Shown here: piece after piece, positions 10,770 to 22,900 of the stretch | Layout of the letters: the number at the start of each line of letters is the position of its first letter | How positions within the stretch are numbered: position 1 is the stretch's first letter | NCBI GenBank assembly: GCA_002269645.1 | Contig: NIVC01000218.1 | Coordinates: 80,407 to 144,406, forward strand | DNA length: 64,000 nt | Source of the DNA: Macrostomum lignano | Taxonomy: Eukaryota | Direction of reading: 5' to 3' | Notes under the pieces: model-generated | Database searches by the model: none | Seen by the model: the letters and a program-made list of their open reading frames with translations, nothing else | What the model was told of the DNA's origin: nothing | Made by a program: the position numbers and the translations under genes

Positions 10770-13700
10770 ACACAGCGGTAGCCCCTGAAAGCCCGTAGAC
10801 AGGTAGATGCGTGGGGCCGGTCAGGGTGGTCCGCCGGTCCGTCCTGCAGCGTGATCTTTGTAGGAAATAAGGGGGCTTGTCTAGTCGCCCAAAGGAACTA
10901 TTGTAGATGAGCCGTGGAATGCTGTCGGGCTGGGAGACCTCGTCAATGGACGGGTCGGCCCGAGGTAGCGTAGCCGGTCTCTCGTAAAGAAAGGGCAGTG
11001 AGTGACAAACAAAGTGCTGAGTATCTTTATTGTCGTACGTGCAAAAAGGGCAAAGTTCACTCTCTCGAGATCACCTCGGAGAAAGCAGTGCCTAGCGAGG
11101 TAGCCATGGCCGGTAAAGGTCATGACAAGGGCTGGAGATGATGGTGGTGCAGCTTCGCTCCGGCTTCTGCCCGCTTCTCCGCGATTTTCAGTCGAGGATC
11201 AACCCAGGCGTCGTGGCGGTTTGTCCCGACTGTGGCTTTGAGCCCCAAACGGTGGCATACCTCTTCAACTGCCCTGCCTATCTGACGCAGCTTTGTCCGG
11301 GTGATCTATGGACTAACCCGTCCAGAACCGATACGTGCAACTTTCTGGAATCGGCCGCTCTCGGACCAAGGGAACAGGGCCAAGGAAAGAGCCAAAGCCG
11401 CCCCTCCTGGCGAGTGTGTCTGCCAACTCGTTCCCCGGAAACCCTGCGCGCCCTGGGATCCACTTCAACCTGATAGTATTGCTACTGGCCAGGAGGTTGA
11501 GCTGCCGGGCGCAGTCAGCGACTGTCCGGGAGTTTGTGGTGGTGTGGCAAAGGGCCTGTAAGGCCGCTTGGCTATCAGAGTGGATAACGATAGTCTCTCC
11601 TCTCGTACCCTTGGCATTCAGTTCTGCAGCGCAAGATCGAGCTAATAGCAAGGGCTTCGTTCTGGAAGACTGTGGAGGGTCTGCCAGTGTGCTGGGCATG
11701 CGTGGCAATGACGCGGCTGTAATGATGATGCAGACCCCAAAGCCGGCGCGACCGTCTTTGATGGATCGGTGCGTGTAGCAGTGGACCTCATCCTTTGAGG
11801 GGATGATGACCTTGTAGCGCTGAAAAGATGTTGAGAGTGCAGGGTTCAACGTCAGATAAGACGTGGAGCCCGCCGCTGTCTCTCAAGTTTTTGAGGTATA
11901 AGAGGTCGGCGTGAGGCAGGAGCTTGCGCGTAGCCATGGCCCTATGGGGCAGGAAACGAATGCCAGCGTCAATTACACGGCGGGCAGTCTTAGCAGCTTC
12001 CCTGCGGACAAAGATGTCCAGCGGGGGATGTTGAGGCCATCGTAAGGAGAGCAGACGGGGGCGCTCACGATCATGCGGCATGGGCCCCCTTGCGCTCTCC
12101 TGAGAGTCTCCAGACAGGTCTTCATCCGCAGGGCGCTAGCCCAGACCATGCCGCGGTGCGAGATAGCAGGCCTAACCATTGCAGTGTAGATCCACCAGAG
12201 GTGCTTGGGGGTGCGCCCCAAAGTGGTGACGACGACCCTACGCAGTTGCGCGAGGACTGCGAGGGCCTTCTTGGCTTTTGCTTGAGCGTGGGGCGACCAG
12301 TTCAGCCTGTGGTCCAGGGTAAATACCCAGACATTTAGTCTGCTTGCAGAAGGGGATTTCCCTTCCGTAAAGCGTGAGCGGCTGAATTTGCCACTTGGTC
12401 CTGCTGGTTAACATGATCGCTGCCGTCTTAGTCTCAGAGAGCTTTAGACCACAAAGATTCGCCCATTGCTCAGCGGCGTAGAAAAATTCTGAAGAATTGA
12501 AGGTCCCTGATGTTATCTGGGGACGGACCAGACGCCACCGCGGTGACATTCTGACTACTTTGAGAATGGGGTCAGGCCGAGCATCCCGAAGGAGCTCATC
12601 GATGACCATATTCCAGAGCACTGGAGACAGCACCCCATCTTGCGGGCTACCTTTGCAGACCGAGACCGTCCTCTGGTGGCCCAGCAGACTGGCGGTGGCC
12701 GTGCGATGGCTGATCATGTACATGATCCATCTGGTGAGATTTGTGTGCGTTTGCCTCTTACAAAGAGCTCTTCCGAACGCCTCGAAGAGGACGTTATCGA
12801 AGGCGCCAATGATTTACAAGAGGGTCTCCTGAGCGAAGCCGTTTCCAAGCACGGCCTACTCAAGTTTATCGACCAGGGCGTGCAGCGCGCTTTCATTGCG
12901 TGCGACCCGCCTGAAAAGCGTGCTGGTTTTCGCTGAGAGGCTTGTTCTTCAGCTTCACAGAGAGGAGGCGCCAGAGCACCAGTCTTTCCATCAGCTTGAC
13001 CAGGGAGAAGGTCAGACTGATTGGTCTGAAGGATTTGATAGAATGGTAGTCCGGGCGGCCTGGCTTCGGAATAAAGATCACCTTTGCCTCGGTCCAAGCC
13101 TGTGGGACATGGCCAAGCGTTATGCATGCCCGAAAAAGGCTTACGCAGTTTACGCAGGAAGCCTGGGCATTTAACCGCCTCTTTTAGGAGGGCAGGTACA
13201 ATGCCGTCGGGTCCTGGGGCTTTGAAAGCTTTGAAGTAGTTTGCCGCGGTACTCTGTGATGATAGAGTCAGCCAGCGCGTGACCTCCTTCAGAGTGGCCC
13301 GGAGTGGTCAGGTTGGCCGGCTCGTTGGGGGAAAAACGCAGAGAGCATTACATCAAGCGTTTCCCCTGGGTTATCCATGGACGTGCCGTCGGTGCGTTTG
13401 ACCGAGGAGAGCTTAGACATTTTGTCCAGCGTTGCTTTTGAATTGCTTTAACAATTCTGGAGGTGGAGTGTAAGCCTCTAGCTCCTCGCAGTATTGACGC
13501 CATTTCTGAGCTTTCGCGTTCCTGACCTGCCTTTTAAACTCATGGATTGCTTCATGATAGGCGGTTTGGTCCGCTGGGCTCTTGGCTTCAGTTGCTCTGC
13601 AATGGAGTCTCTTAGCACTGCGACGGAGGTTGCCGAGCTCGGGATTCCACCACTGCGCAGATTTTTTCCCTTTATAGGCTTTTAAAGGACAGGATGCCTC

Positions 13701-14995
13701 AAAGGCGGCGGTTAGCGTTTCTGTCAACAAAGTCGCGCACTCATCCGCTCCTTGGCAAGTCGACGTGATCGTGGATGGTTGGCCGGAAAACCGATAAACT
13801 CCTTCAGGGCGAGCCCGAAGGTTTCCCAATCAGTGTTTCTGATGTCCAGTCTCCATGTAACACGATTTTGCTGCGCGCGGCCATCAGGTTGAAGGAGATG
13901 AACTTGTGATCGGAGAGTGAGAGGCTGGAAGCACCCGCCAGGCAATGCTTTTGTAGAGCCCGGGTGTTGCGAGTGTGGTATCGATCACCTCCTATCAGCG
14001 CCCGTTGTCAAATGTAGGGGTGGACCCAGAGTTGCAGAACTCAAGGGTCGTAGAGGCAACGTAGGCTAGGAGTCTTCGCCTCTCTGATTAATGCCCTTGC
14101 TGCCCCAGTGAGTATGGTGGGCGTTGAATGTCGCCGGCAACCATGAGCTCGCAGTTTTTGGCAGAGCAAAGCTCGACCAGCGTAGCGAGGGTTCTAACGA
14201 CGACCGCAGCATCACCTGGTAGGTAAAGCGAGGCAATGAGAGTGGTTTTTCCAGGAAGGAGATCTTCAGATTGGATGACGCAGATGTCCCTGTTAGACAG
14301 GTCCGATCTGTGTCACGCGCTGAGCGTTTTGCCGGGAAAAATGCAGTCTCTGGGAGGCTGATTGGCACTGCCGGGGTAAGTATAGAAACAGTTGTAGCCG
14401 GAAGGGGCGTTCTGAGGCTAACCTCTGAGGGTCCAAGGTTCCTGGACGAGGATGAGCCCCGGTATGTGGAGCTCGGCCTAACGCATAAGGTTGACCGAGG
14501 CTGCGACGCAGTGCTGCAAGTTGATCGGCATCGGATTCCCAGGCTGCTGATCATTATCACGCAGTTGGGGAATCGTGGAGCAGGTCATCCTCCTCAGAGG
14601 TCATCCTACTCATCCTCGGAGGTGGTTGGCCCGCAGACCTCCATGGGAGTTTCAGCGTCCTCGGCAGTTAAGGTGGCTGTGGAGTCCTCCGCGGACGTGA
14701 GCCCAGCGTGGACGTTTCCGTCGCCTCCCCTGTATGCTTCGGCGCCGTCACTACCCATACCCTCCGCCTCGTTGGTCAGGTCGATGCGGGTGACGCCAAC
14801 TTCCTAGTGAGTGACAGCCTCTAACCAGTCAGTCAGCGCCTCCACGCTTTTAACCTGGTCTTCTGGCTGTTGGGTTGGAGCACGAGAAGTGCAGACCCGC
14901 TCAAGATGCGCCCGGAGGTTCCTGGCCTGGTCCAGCGCGCGCTGAACCAGACCGGACCTCCGGGGGCTCCTGGTAGGTCTGCAGTTGCTCACTTT
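10770..14995 (-). mobile_element. Decayed LOA/R1-type non-LTR retrotransposon (APE endonuclease, RT, RNase H, CCHC knuckle) with many frameshifts
   Basis: APE start INLQHC...LILVQEPW (~14530-14430) and FNAHHTHWGS. RT motifs IPKPGR..SFRPISL, KGSPQ.GVLSPVLWNMVIDELL and IYTAMVRP. RNase H IHSDSQAALQAL...WIPGRAGFPGNELADTLA (11313-11849). C-terminal FTGHG...CPFC...H..CP (~10950-11125). Ends are approximate. Confidence 0.9.
11138..11330 (+). mobile_element. 3'-terminal fragment of a different (I/Ingi/Nimb-like) LINE embedded antisense in the LOA-type element
   Basis: QLRSGFCPLL..FQSRI....CPDC....T..YLFNCP...TQL.P.DLWTNP is the typical C-terminal zinc-knuckle region of I-group LINEs. Confidence 0.7.
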
Positions 14996-15916
14996 CTCAG
15001 CTTCTCAGCTTCAGAGGCCTCTAACCAATTGGTTCGATTTCGCCAATGGCCACAATAATTTTTGGTTACTCCACCAAAGCTGCCATGCGATTCACTCTTC
15101 ATGCATGTACGAACGTATGTGGGCCAACCTCCGGGGCATACAAAGTGTGTACATGCACAGCCAGACGATAAGAGAGTCAGGCCGGGCCGGACGCTATGCA
15201 CCCTGTCTAAGCGTGTGGTATGTTGTACGTGTCCGTGTGCGGGGTGACACTTCTCAGGTGTCAGTTTTTGGCGGCGGTGCCCAAAGCGCCTATGTGAACG
15301 ATATAAACTAGCCATCCTGGTGTGAGTTTTCGCACATAATAATTCCAACCTACAGCTCATCTCCATTGAAGGCTACTTCAGGTGCCAATGGCGCGCCTTT
15401 GCAGATTTTGGTAGACATTTTCCCGCCAATCTACTAAACGTAGCACTCTACGAAAAGTAGTATCGAAAAGTGCGTCAATGACGAAAACTGTTAATGAGAG
15501 TAGCGGGTTTTTATATTCACCCCATGGAGAAAGAAAGGAATGGATGATGGAGTGCTAATCTGACTGAGATATTTTTGTTTTGCTCTTTTTCGACTTTTGG
15601 CACCTAGCTGGTACCCCCCGACACACTTATCAAATTGTTTTGGCTTAATCCGCTTACATATACATGTATGCATTGTGCGTAGGCACAAAATCCGCCTAAG
15701 TAGATAAAGCTGTCTCCATTGAATTACTGATCCTGTTTGTCACACGTACGCAAGTCTGCACATAAACAAAAACTATAATTTGCTACAAAGTACAAATCAT
15801 CTACGCAAGTTAAACCCTGTTTTGCCACCTGTTGCCATAACTTATCGCGTATTTTTGTGAAATTTTGTTATTGCCAACAGTGAAAATATTTTTGCTTAAT
15901 GTTTTTGTGTTGCCCT

Positions 15917-16045
15917 CCAGGGGCGCCAGCACCAAGGGGCTTTTAGCACCTGGGGCTTTAGCACCAGGGGCGCCAGCACCAGAGGCGCCAGCACCAGAGG
16001 CGCCAGCACCAGAGGCGCCAGCACCAGGGGCGCCAGCACCAGGGA
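15917..16045. repeat. 15-bp tandem repeat (AGRGGCGCCAGCACC)
   Basis: About 8 units read directly. Confidence 0.85.
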
Positions 16046-16504
16046 CTTTTTAGCACCAGGGGCGTTAGCAGGAGCCTATCAGTAGCACGTGCATATCAAT
16101 CTAGATCTCATTTCACAAGCTCATGCAATACTTCGCAGAGTCAACACTAATATAAGCTTATCCGGCATATGATCAGTCTGGACAAAATATGCTTATGAGT
16201 GAGCAACAGCTGTTCTCTTCTATAGCATCTGTTTTCTTTATGGATATGCAGCACAAAGGATCGATGCAAAATACTTACAAAACAAGGTCGCCCGATCGAG
16301 CGAGTTTAACCTTATTTTTGCAACCTGTTTACCATCCATGCATGCAGGTGCTCACATGCAATACACTGTAGGTATCATATTTTTTTGTATTTTTAGTCTT
16401 TCGCAAGAAAATTACTTTTTTGTCGTTTACTACTTTTATTACTCCCTTCACCTCCAGTTTTAGTAGCATAAATTAGACTCAATCTGTAGCTATTAATGAA
16501 CCAT

Positions 16505-17671
16505 TCAGGTATGATCGAACATCGCTTTGATGACGAGCCGCATGCCAGGATCGATGTAGATCTCTCGCAGACGTCTAGCCAGGGTGTTGTGCTCGCAGCT
16601 CCGCTCAGCAGGTGCTGGATAATGATGCAGCCGGTCTTTCGCTAGGCTGCTCACTCTGTAGACAGCGAAGGCTTGGTAGCAGGACTCCACTTTGACTGGA
16701 ATGCTGTTCCGGTTTATAGCAATTTCATCCGTGATGATGCTGCGATCGTCTTCGGTAACGCTGCAGAACCGCTTCTTGCTGAAATACGTTCGAGCACAGG
16801 GATCGTAGAGTACATTTGAAAAGCGGCTGTTGGCGCAAAGTACGTCCAGTTTGGGCTTGGCGCTGAAGTAGTAAATTCCCTGAGCAATGTTGTCCAAGCT
16901 CCATGGATCCCACTCCAGATCTGGATCAACTGAAATCATCAGATCAACTTTATCTGCCAAACTGTCGTAAATGTAGTTCAGGTACATATTTCTGAGGACA
17001 CTCATTGTGATGCCGCGATCAACGAGTTCTTCTTCCGTACGCTGCTGTCCCCAGCCGGGTCTGTGCACCTTCCCGGACCTGTATGTGATGTTAATTTTGC
17101 ACGGGGCTCTTGAGTTTATTGGCGTGCATCCGAGAATCACCGTCTGATTGTGTTTCCGACGCACGTCGTGAAGAAACTCTCGGGTGCCATCGTTCGAGTC
17201 ATTCTCAACGAAAATCATCCAGTAGTCTTTGAAGAGCTTGCCCAATCTTTGCAACTCCACGACGTTTTTCTGCAAGCGCTCCTTGGCGTTTCGCACTGAC
17301 GCGACAAATACGGCAGTTTTGGTGCGCATCCAGTCTCTCCCAATACGCGTTCGATAGTTTTGGTCAAGCTCGCGATTCTCTCGTCGCATAAGAGGCATAC
17401 GTTCGCGTGTATGGACGAAGTACATGGAGCTGTTCTGCAAGTCCAAGACTTCAGCGTGTCCGTAGCTAAAATCGGAAGATTTTTTCTCAATAAGTTCAGG
17501 ATCGAGTTGTGTCACACGGTGTTTGCTTCGCTCTAGCTGATTGATAAAAATAATACCATTTGTAAATTTTCCGAATTGATAGAAGTAGTCCGTTGTGAGA
17601 TGTATCATGGATATACAAAACAAAACATTGAATGAAACAAGAAGGCAGGCAAAAAGTTTCTTGTCAAACAT
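16505..17671 (-). CDS. Intronless type-II membrane GT-A-fold glycosyltransferase (CAP59/GT69- or GT2-like), copy 2, intact (388 aa from ATG 17671)
   Basis: N-terminal TM (LFACLLVSFNVLFCISMI). Motifs AVFVASVRN, FKDYWMIFVENDSNDGTREFL, LRNMYLNYI, the DxD-like DPDL, PVKVESC and CEHNTL. The ORF track extends it upstream to a TTG at 17755. Confidence 0.85.
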   Translation of the reverse strand: MFDKKLFACLLVSFNVLFCISMIHLTTDYFYQFGKFTNGIIFINQLERSKHRVTQLDPELIEKKSSDFSYGHAEVLDLQNSSMYFVHTRERMPLMRRENRELDQNYRTRIGRDWMRTKTAVFVASVRNAKERLQKNVVELQRLGKLFKDYWMIFVENDSNDGTREFLHDVRRKHNQTVILGCTPINSRAPCKINITYRSGKVHRPGWGQQRTEEELVDRGITMSVLRNMYLNYIYDSLADKVDLMISVDPDLEWDPWSLDNIAQGIYYFSAKPKLDVLCANSRFSNVLYDPCARTYFSKKRFCSVTEDDRSIITDEIAINRNSIPVKVESCYQAFAVYRVSSLAKDRLHHYPAPAERSCEHNTLARRLREIYIDPGMRLVIKAMFDHT

Positions 17672-18505
17672 TTTGTTGCGTACTTGATTCGTTTGTTTGT
17701 TTTTTGCCGTGACAATTTTTTTACCAGTCGTTGACTTGTAGAAAAAGCTTAACACTAGAAGTACTATCTGAATTAAAAAGCTTTATTTTATTGTGATTCG
17801 CACTCTTCACTCTTTTTATACTTCACGAAATGCTACTTGTTAAAACTGTTTGACAATTTTAGTGAATTGGAAGAAAATATAACTATGGTAATAGTTTTAA
17901 TTAAAGTAGTTGTAGATTTAATTTTTTAAATTACGGTTGATTATTTACTTTTGTTATTTTTATAAAACTTTTGTGTAAAATTTAAAATAACCTAAAATAA
18001 CTATGCTCACTTAGCATGTTGCGCGGCCTGATGACGCCTGAGCCTGAGCCTGATTTTATGTAAGCTATTGAACTTTTTCGTCATCTCGATGCTACAGTGT
18101 ATAGTGCAATGCAATATAATTGAAGTGCAGTGTATGTCAGGTATAGGATCGGATGAATTATACTTTTCATTGCTGTAACTATTGACTTGCAAGGAAGTTA
18201 TAAGATAAATTTCTATAAAGTTATAAGCAAAATAAATTAAAAAAGAGGTGAAAAAACTTTCTTATGAACTAATTATGTTGTAAATACAATTTTAATTTAA
18301 TAATGTTTGAGATTTCAAGGAGAATTTGAAAATTTTGAATTGATTTTTGTTCATAACAAAAGTAGATAGGCTAGGCCTAGGCCTATGACGTATATTATTA
18401 TAATATTTAAACAAAAGTGCTAACTTTAATTATTTTTTTCAATAATGAAAAAGTTGTTAAATTCAGGTAATGTAGCTCGCTTGATAAACAGTGAATAAAT
18501 GAAGG

Positions 18506-18720
18506 AAATGAAGAAGGATTAACATGTTTTCAATGCCAATGCATTTTGTCCACAATGGACATTGTTTAGGCTCACTAAATTTATTAAACAAAGTGAAAGT
18601 TTTTTGCTCTTATATATAGGCCTATATTGACTTGAAGAATTAACTATTTGACAAGAGTCAAAATTAAGTATATAACAAAGTACATAAGTTTGGTTAAAAG
18701 GTGTGGTACAAATCAAAACA
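18506..18720 (-). repeat. Inverted copy of the terminal (pLTR-like) segment of the Penelope-like element
   Basis: Reverse-complement match to 20621-20826, e.g. acatgttttcaatgccaatgcattttgtccacaatggacattg versus caatgtccattgtggacataatgcattggcattgaaaacatgt. Confidence 0.85.
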
Positions 18721-19559
18721 GTTTATTCTAGTTAATGAACAAGCAAAAAAGTTAAAGCTGATGCAGCTAGATCCCCTATGGCAAGCTGATTGTTCAGAGT
18801 AGGTTGTTGGGCCTTAATGTGCCATGGGCATAGCCTATGGCTATGCCTAGCCATCCATCTATAGCTATGCCATGGGTAATCCCCTTGAATCCAGTCCATT
18901 TTGGCAACAGGTCATTTTGACAATAACCATTTCGGCAATAATTCTTAAATCGGATTTTGAATGTATTCTTATCTCATAGCAACAAAAAATTCAGAACTTA
19001 CACAAATTTACAACCTTTGTTAAATGTTGTTAAAATGAATTATAGTGTAAAACTTTATATTAAACTTTTTACAAGCTTAGTTAAAACTATGTTAAAACAA
19101 ATTTTAATGTAAAACCTAATCAATGCATTGACAGTATAAAACCTTGACACTGATGGACGCTTGGACACTAAAAGTATGGTAAAACAAATGAATTATAATA
19201 AGAATTTAATGTTCTTAAGAAATGACAAGAAAAAAGCTTGTAGAGGACTTTATATATTAGTCCATTCAAATTACAATTCGTATATGATGTTTACTCTTCC
19301 ACAGGGGTATTCATGCCACTGTATGCAAGTAGCAACGCCTCAAGAGTTCTGGTGCCAGCTTTGTACTCTGCCCAAAGGCGGAAAAAGGCCTTCTGCCTTG
19401 CATGCACTGCTGGCCTTGTTTCTGAAATGTTTCAACAGTTTCAACAAAATGCCTGCTGGGGGGTAGTTCACTATACCATAGATACTTGTAATTTTTCTAT
19501 CATATTTGTCGCCAAAATTGTCATTGTGATGTCGCTGAAATAGACAAGTACTGTCCCCT

Positions 19560-20826
19560 TTGACTCCCTTGGCTCCTACCTTGGCTAATCTCTGCATGGC
19601 TCATTGGGAAAAGAACTGGATGATCCTTTTGTGCACTCCTAGCTTCTACAAATGTTTTGTTGATGATACTTTTGCTATCTTTGAAGGCAAAACTAAGAAT
19701 GATAAGTTTTTTTAAAGCCATCAACTCCACTCATTTAAATATCAATTTCACTGTTAAAGGAGAAGGCAGAAAGCTCCAGTAGCTCCCTTTCCTTGACATT
19801 AATGTGGATGCATCTAGTGAAACTATTAATACCACTGTGTTCAAAAAGCCTAGCTTCACTAGTCTCATGCTGAGGTTTGATTCCCTCTACCCAATGCAAT
19901 GGAAAATTGGTCTGGTCTGCTGCTTTATATTTCTTTACTATGCATTTTCCATCTGCAGCTCGTGAGATCTGTTTCACAATGAGATTTAATAGCTGATCTG
20001 GTTGCTTAGTCTTAATGGCTACCCAAAAAACTTTGTTTCTAGGATTATTAACAAATTTCTAAGTAAACCTTAACAAAGCTAAGTGAACCTTATTGCTTGA
20101 AAATCTATGAGCCTGATATTCCTATGTTAACTTTTGACTTTTGTTGGATTTTGCTCTATTGAGTTTAAAGATTGAAAAGTTATTCCATAAAAACCTCAAA
20201 GCTGAAATTTGTGTTGTCTTTTGAACCAAAAAGATTGCTAAGTTTGTGAGCAATCTGAAACCCAGTGTGCCCCAACCTCTCACTGCAGGTGTTGTCTACA
20301 AATTTAATTGCTCTGGCAACCAAAGCATTTCCTATATAGGAAAGACCAAACAACACCCGTACACAAAGGTTAAAGAACACTAGCTAAAAAACTCTGCCAT
20401 TAATGAACATTTGCTCACCTGCAAGATCTGTTGTGATATCAAACTATATAAAATGATTTAGACTACAGAATTTTGTCAGAATGATAACAAACTTAGCTTA
20501 TTAGAGGCTATGCACAATGCACATCAAAGCCCAACAACTTACTCTTAATAATCAGCTTGCCATGGGGAGGCTAGCCATCAGCTTCAACTTTTTTAGCTTG
20601 CTCAATAACCGGACTGGATTGTTTTGATTTGTACCACACCTTTTACCTAAACTTATGTACACTGTAATGTACTAATTTTTTACTACTATCAAATAGTTAA
20701 ATGTTCCAGTCAATATATAAGAGCAAAAAACTTTTACTTCATTTAATACATTTAGTAAGCCCTGACAATGTCCATTGTGGACATAATGCATTGGCATTGA
20801 AAACATGTTGATTATCTCCTTCATTT
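19560..20826 (+). mobile_element. Degenerate Penelope-like retroelement (RT + GIY-YIG endonuclease + terminal repeat)
   Basis: PLAPTLANLCMAHWEK (~19567), FVDDTFAIF (~19660), LPFLDINV (~19785), KPSFTSLMLRFDS.YP.QWK.GLV. GIY-YIG reads GVVYKFNC...YIGKT...KEH (~20288-20370), then NDNKLSLLEA. Many stops and frameshifts. Confidence 0.85.
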
Positions 20827-22900
20827 AAAAAGTTGTTAACATTTGTATAAAAAAAGTTTTTTTAATTAGTTAAACTTAAATATATGATGGAAATGTAACC
20901 TTTTTGATAAAAGTAAAGAATTTTGTTATAGATATAAACTTTTTGTTGACTGTTAAGTTTTGTGTTATCATTTTTTAGATTTTTTATTCAGCTTTACTAT
21001 GAGTTTTAAATTGCATAAAAAACAAAGTTTTTTATTCTACCTTTATAGTTGCAACCATATATGTTAGGAACTAGTAAAAATTGCATGTTTTTATTTTTTT
21101 AATGCTTTAAAACATAGTCTTTAGCATAGGCTATACTACTAAACTGATTTAAATGGTCTTAAATTATAATAAAAAAGATAGATAGTTACATAAATATATA
21201 TAGTTACTAAGCTTTGGGCAATGTTAGACTTAGCCTTAGACATCAAATTTTTATCACTGATTTTATATTTAGGAACATTCAAAACTTACTTGTATAGATA
21301 GTATAGCTAGGCTTAGTGTTATTTTAGTCTTAAGAGTTGTCTAGATATAAAATATTAAATGGTATATTTATACTTTAAAATTTAAAACTAAATTAAAACA
21401 TTTATTAATTTTACCCATATATAGATATTGCCTTAAATTTTACATTATTAAAATGATTTTTTGACAAGGCATTTTATATTATTAATATAGCAAAATTGTT
21501 ACTCTTGCCTTATAAATTTGAGCCCAGATTTCATCAAAAGCAATAGTATCTTAGATTTCAAGACATATTCTATTTTATTTGTCTTATGATTTAGTATAGA
21601 AAAAAGCTTCAAAAAGCTTTCCCCTTTTGGATTTAAAAAGTATATTGACTTTTCATATTTTAAATGATAAAACACAACATTTTGATATAACTGAGAACTC
21701 CATGAGCAACAAAGATTTCTTCCTCAACTTTTTGCTCTATAGGCCCATATAGAGTTTTGTATGTAAAAAAATTAAAATCATTTTTCCTCTAATAAAAATT
21801 GAAAAAAAAATTGTTAAGAGCTGTATAAAATAAAAAGAAGAAAGAAAGACAAACAAATAAAAAATTAAAGCAACAAATACTCTATATTTGAAGCCTAAAC
21901 AAAACTATTTTAATTATATGAAGAGAAAAGCTTTGTTGAAAAAGAATCCAGGTTATTTTACTCATAATAAAAAAAAATTATTTGAACTAAAAAACTTTTG
22001 CTTAAAATAAGTTGATTTAACAAATGTTTTATTTTATTCTTTTTTATTTATATCTTTAAGTTGAATTTGATTAAACTAACAAAAGATTTTTTTGAAGATG
22101 TTATCATTCTTAATGGTATAAATAATTAAAATAAATGAGTAAGAAATATATTTCTAGGACTAAAAGTAATATATTCTAAAAAGTCAAAAGTTTGATTTTT
22201 TAATAGACCCTAGCCAATTTTTATAAATATCTATACTAGTTGTAGGTCTACTTTATGTATTCTTACAATTTCACATGCCAATATATATTGCAAATATCTA
22301 TTCTTGTATTGTAAGCCTAACAAAGAATAATACAATGTAGAAGTAAAAAATAGGTCTTAAATGCAGAAATTTATTGTAACAATATGTCAAGGTCATAAAA
22401 GGAATATTGATTCTTATACAAAGACTTATCAAATGAGTTATTGACATGTCTATTGAAAAGATCAAATGTTGGACCTCTTATAACATGCCTTACTCACCTG
22501 TAATACACTATAGTGAGAATGATATAATCCTATTCTTAGATATATAGCATTATAAATCTATTGCCACTTGCTCAAAACCTTTTAGCAAAACAACCTAGGC
22601 CTAGTATTGTGAAAATAAGTTTTGGTAAAATGGCTTTTGAAAAAATGACCTGATATAGTTACAAAAAGGCTTGAGATAAAACTATTTATTTAAAAAAAAA
22701 CTATTGCATTGATTAGGTAAAATTTATAGGTATTATTTATGGCAAGCAATTTCTTGAATATATATAATATATAAATATATTATAAAAAAATATATAGAAA
22801 TATATAATACATCATTATTAGTTATTAATATATCTAAATACACTATTTTGCAGGATCAATCTCATTAAGATTTTCATCAGTCAAGCACAGACAGGCTTAA

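Noticed and set aside
18017-18066. ATG TTG CGC GGC CTG ATG...|gtaagc as a candidate missing RTTN first exon
   Set aside because: The similarity to the RTTN N-terminus is limited to about five residues, with no KLGH/RERAL motif and no compatible downstream exon identified.
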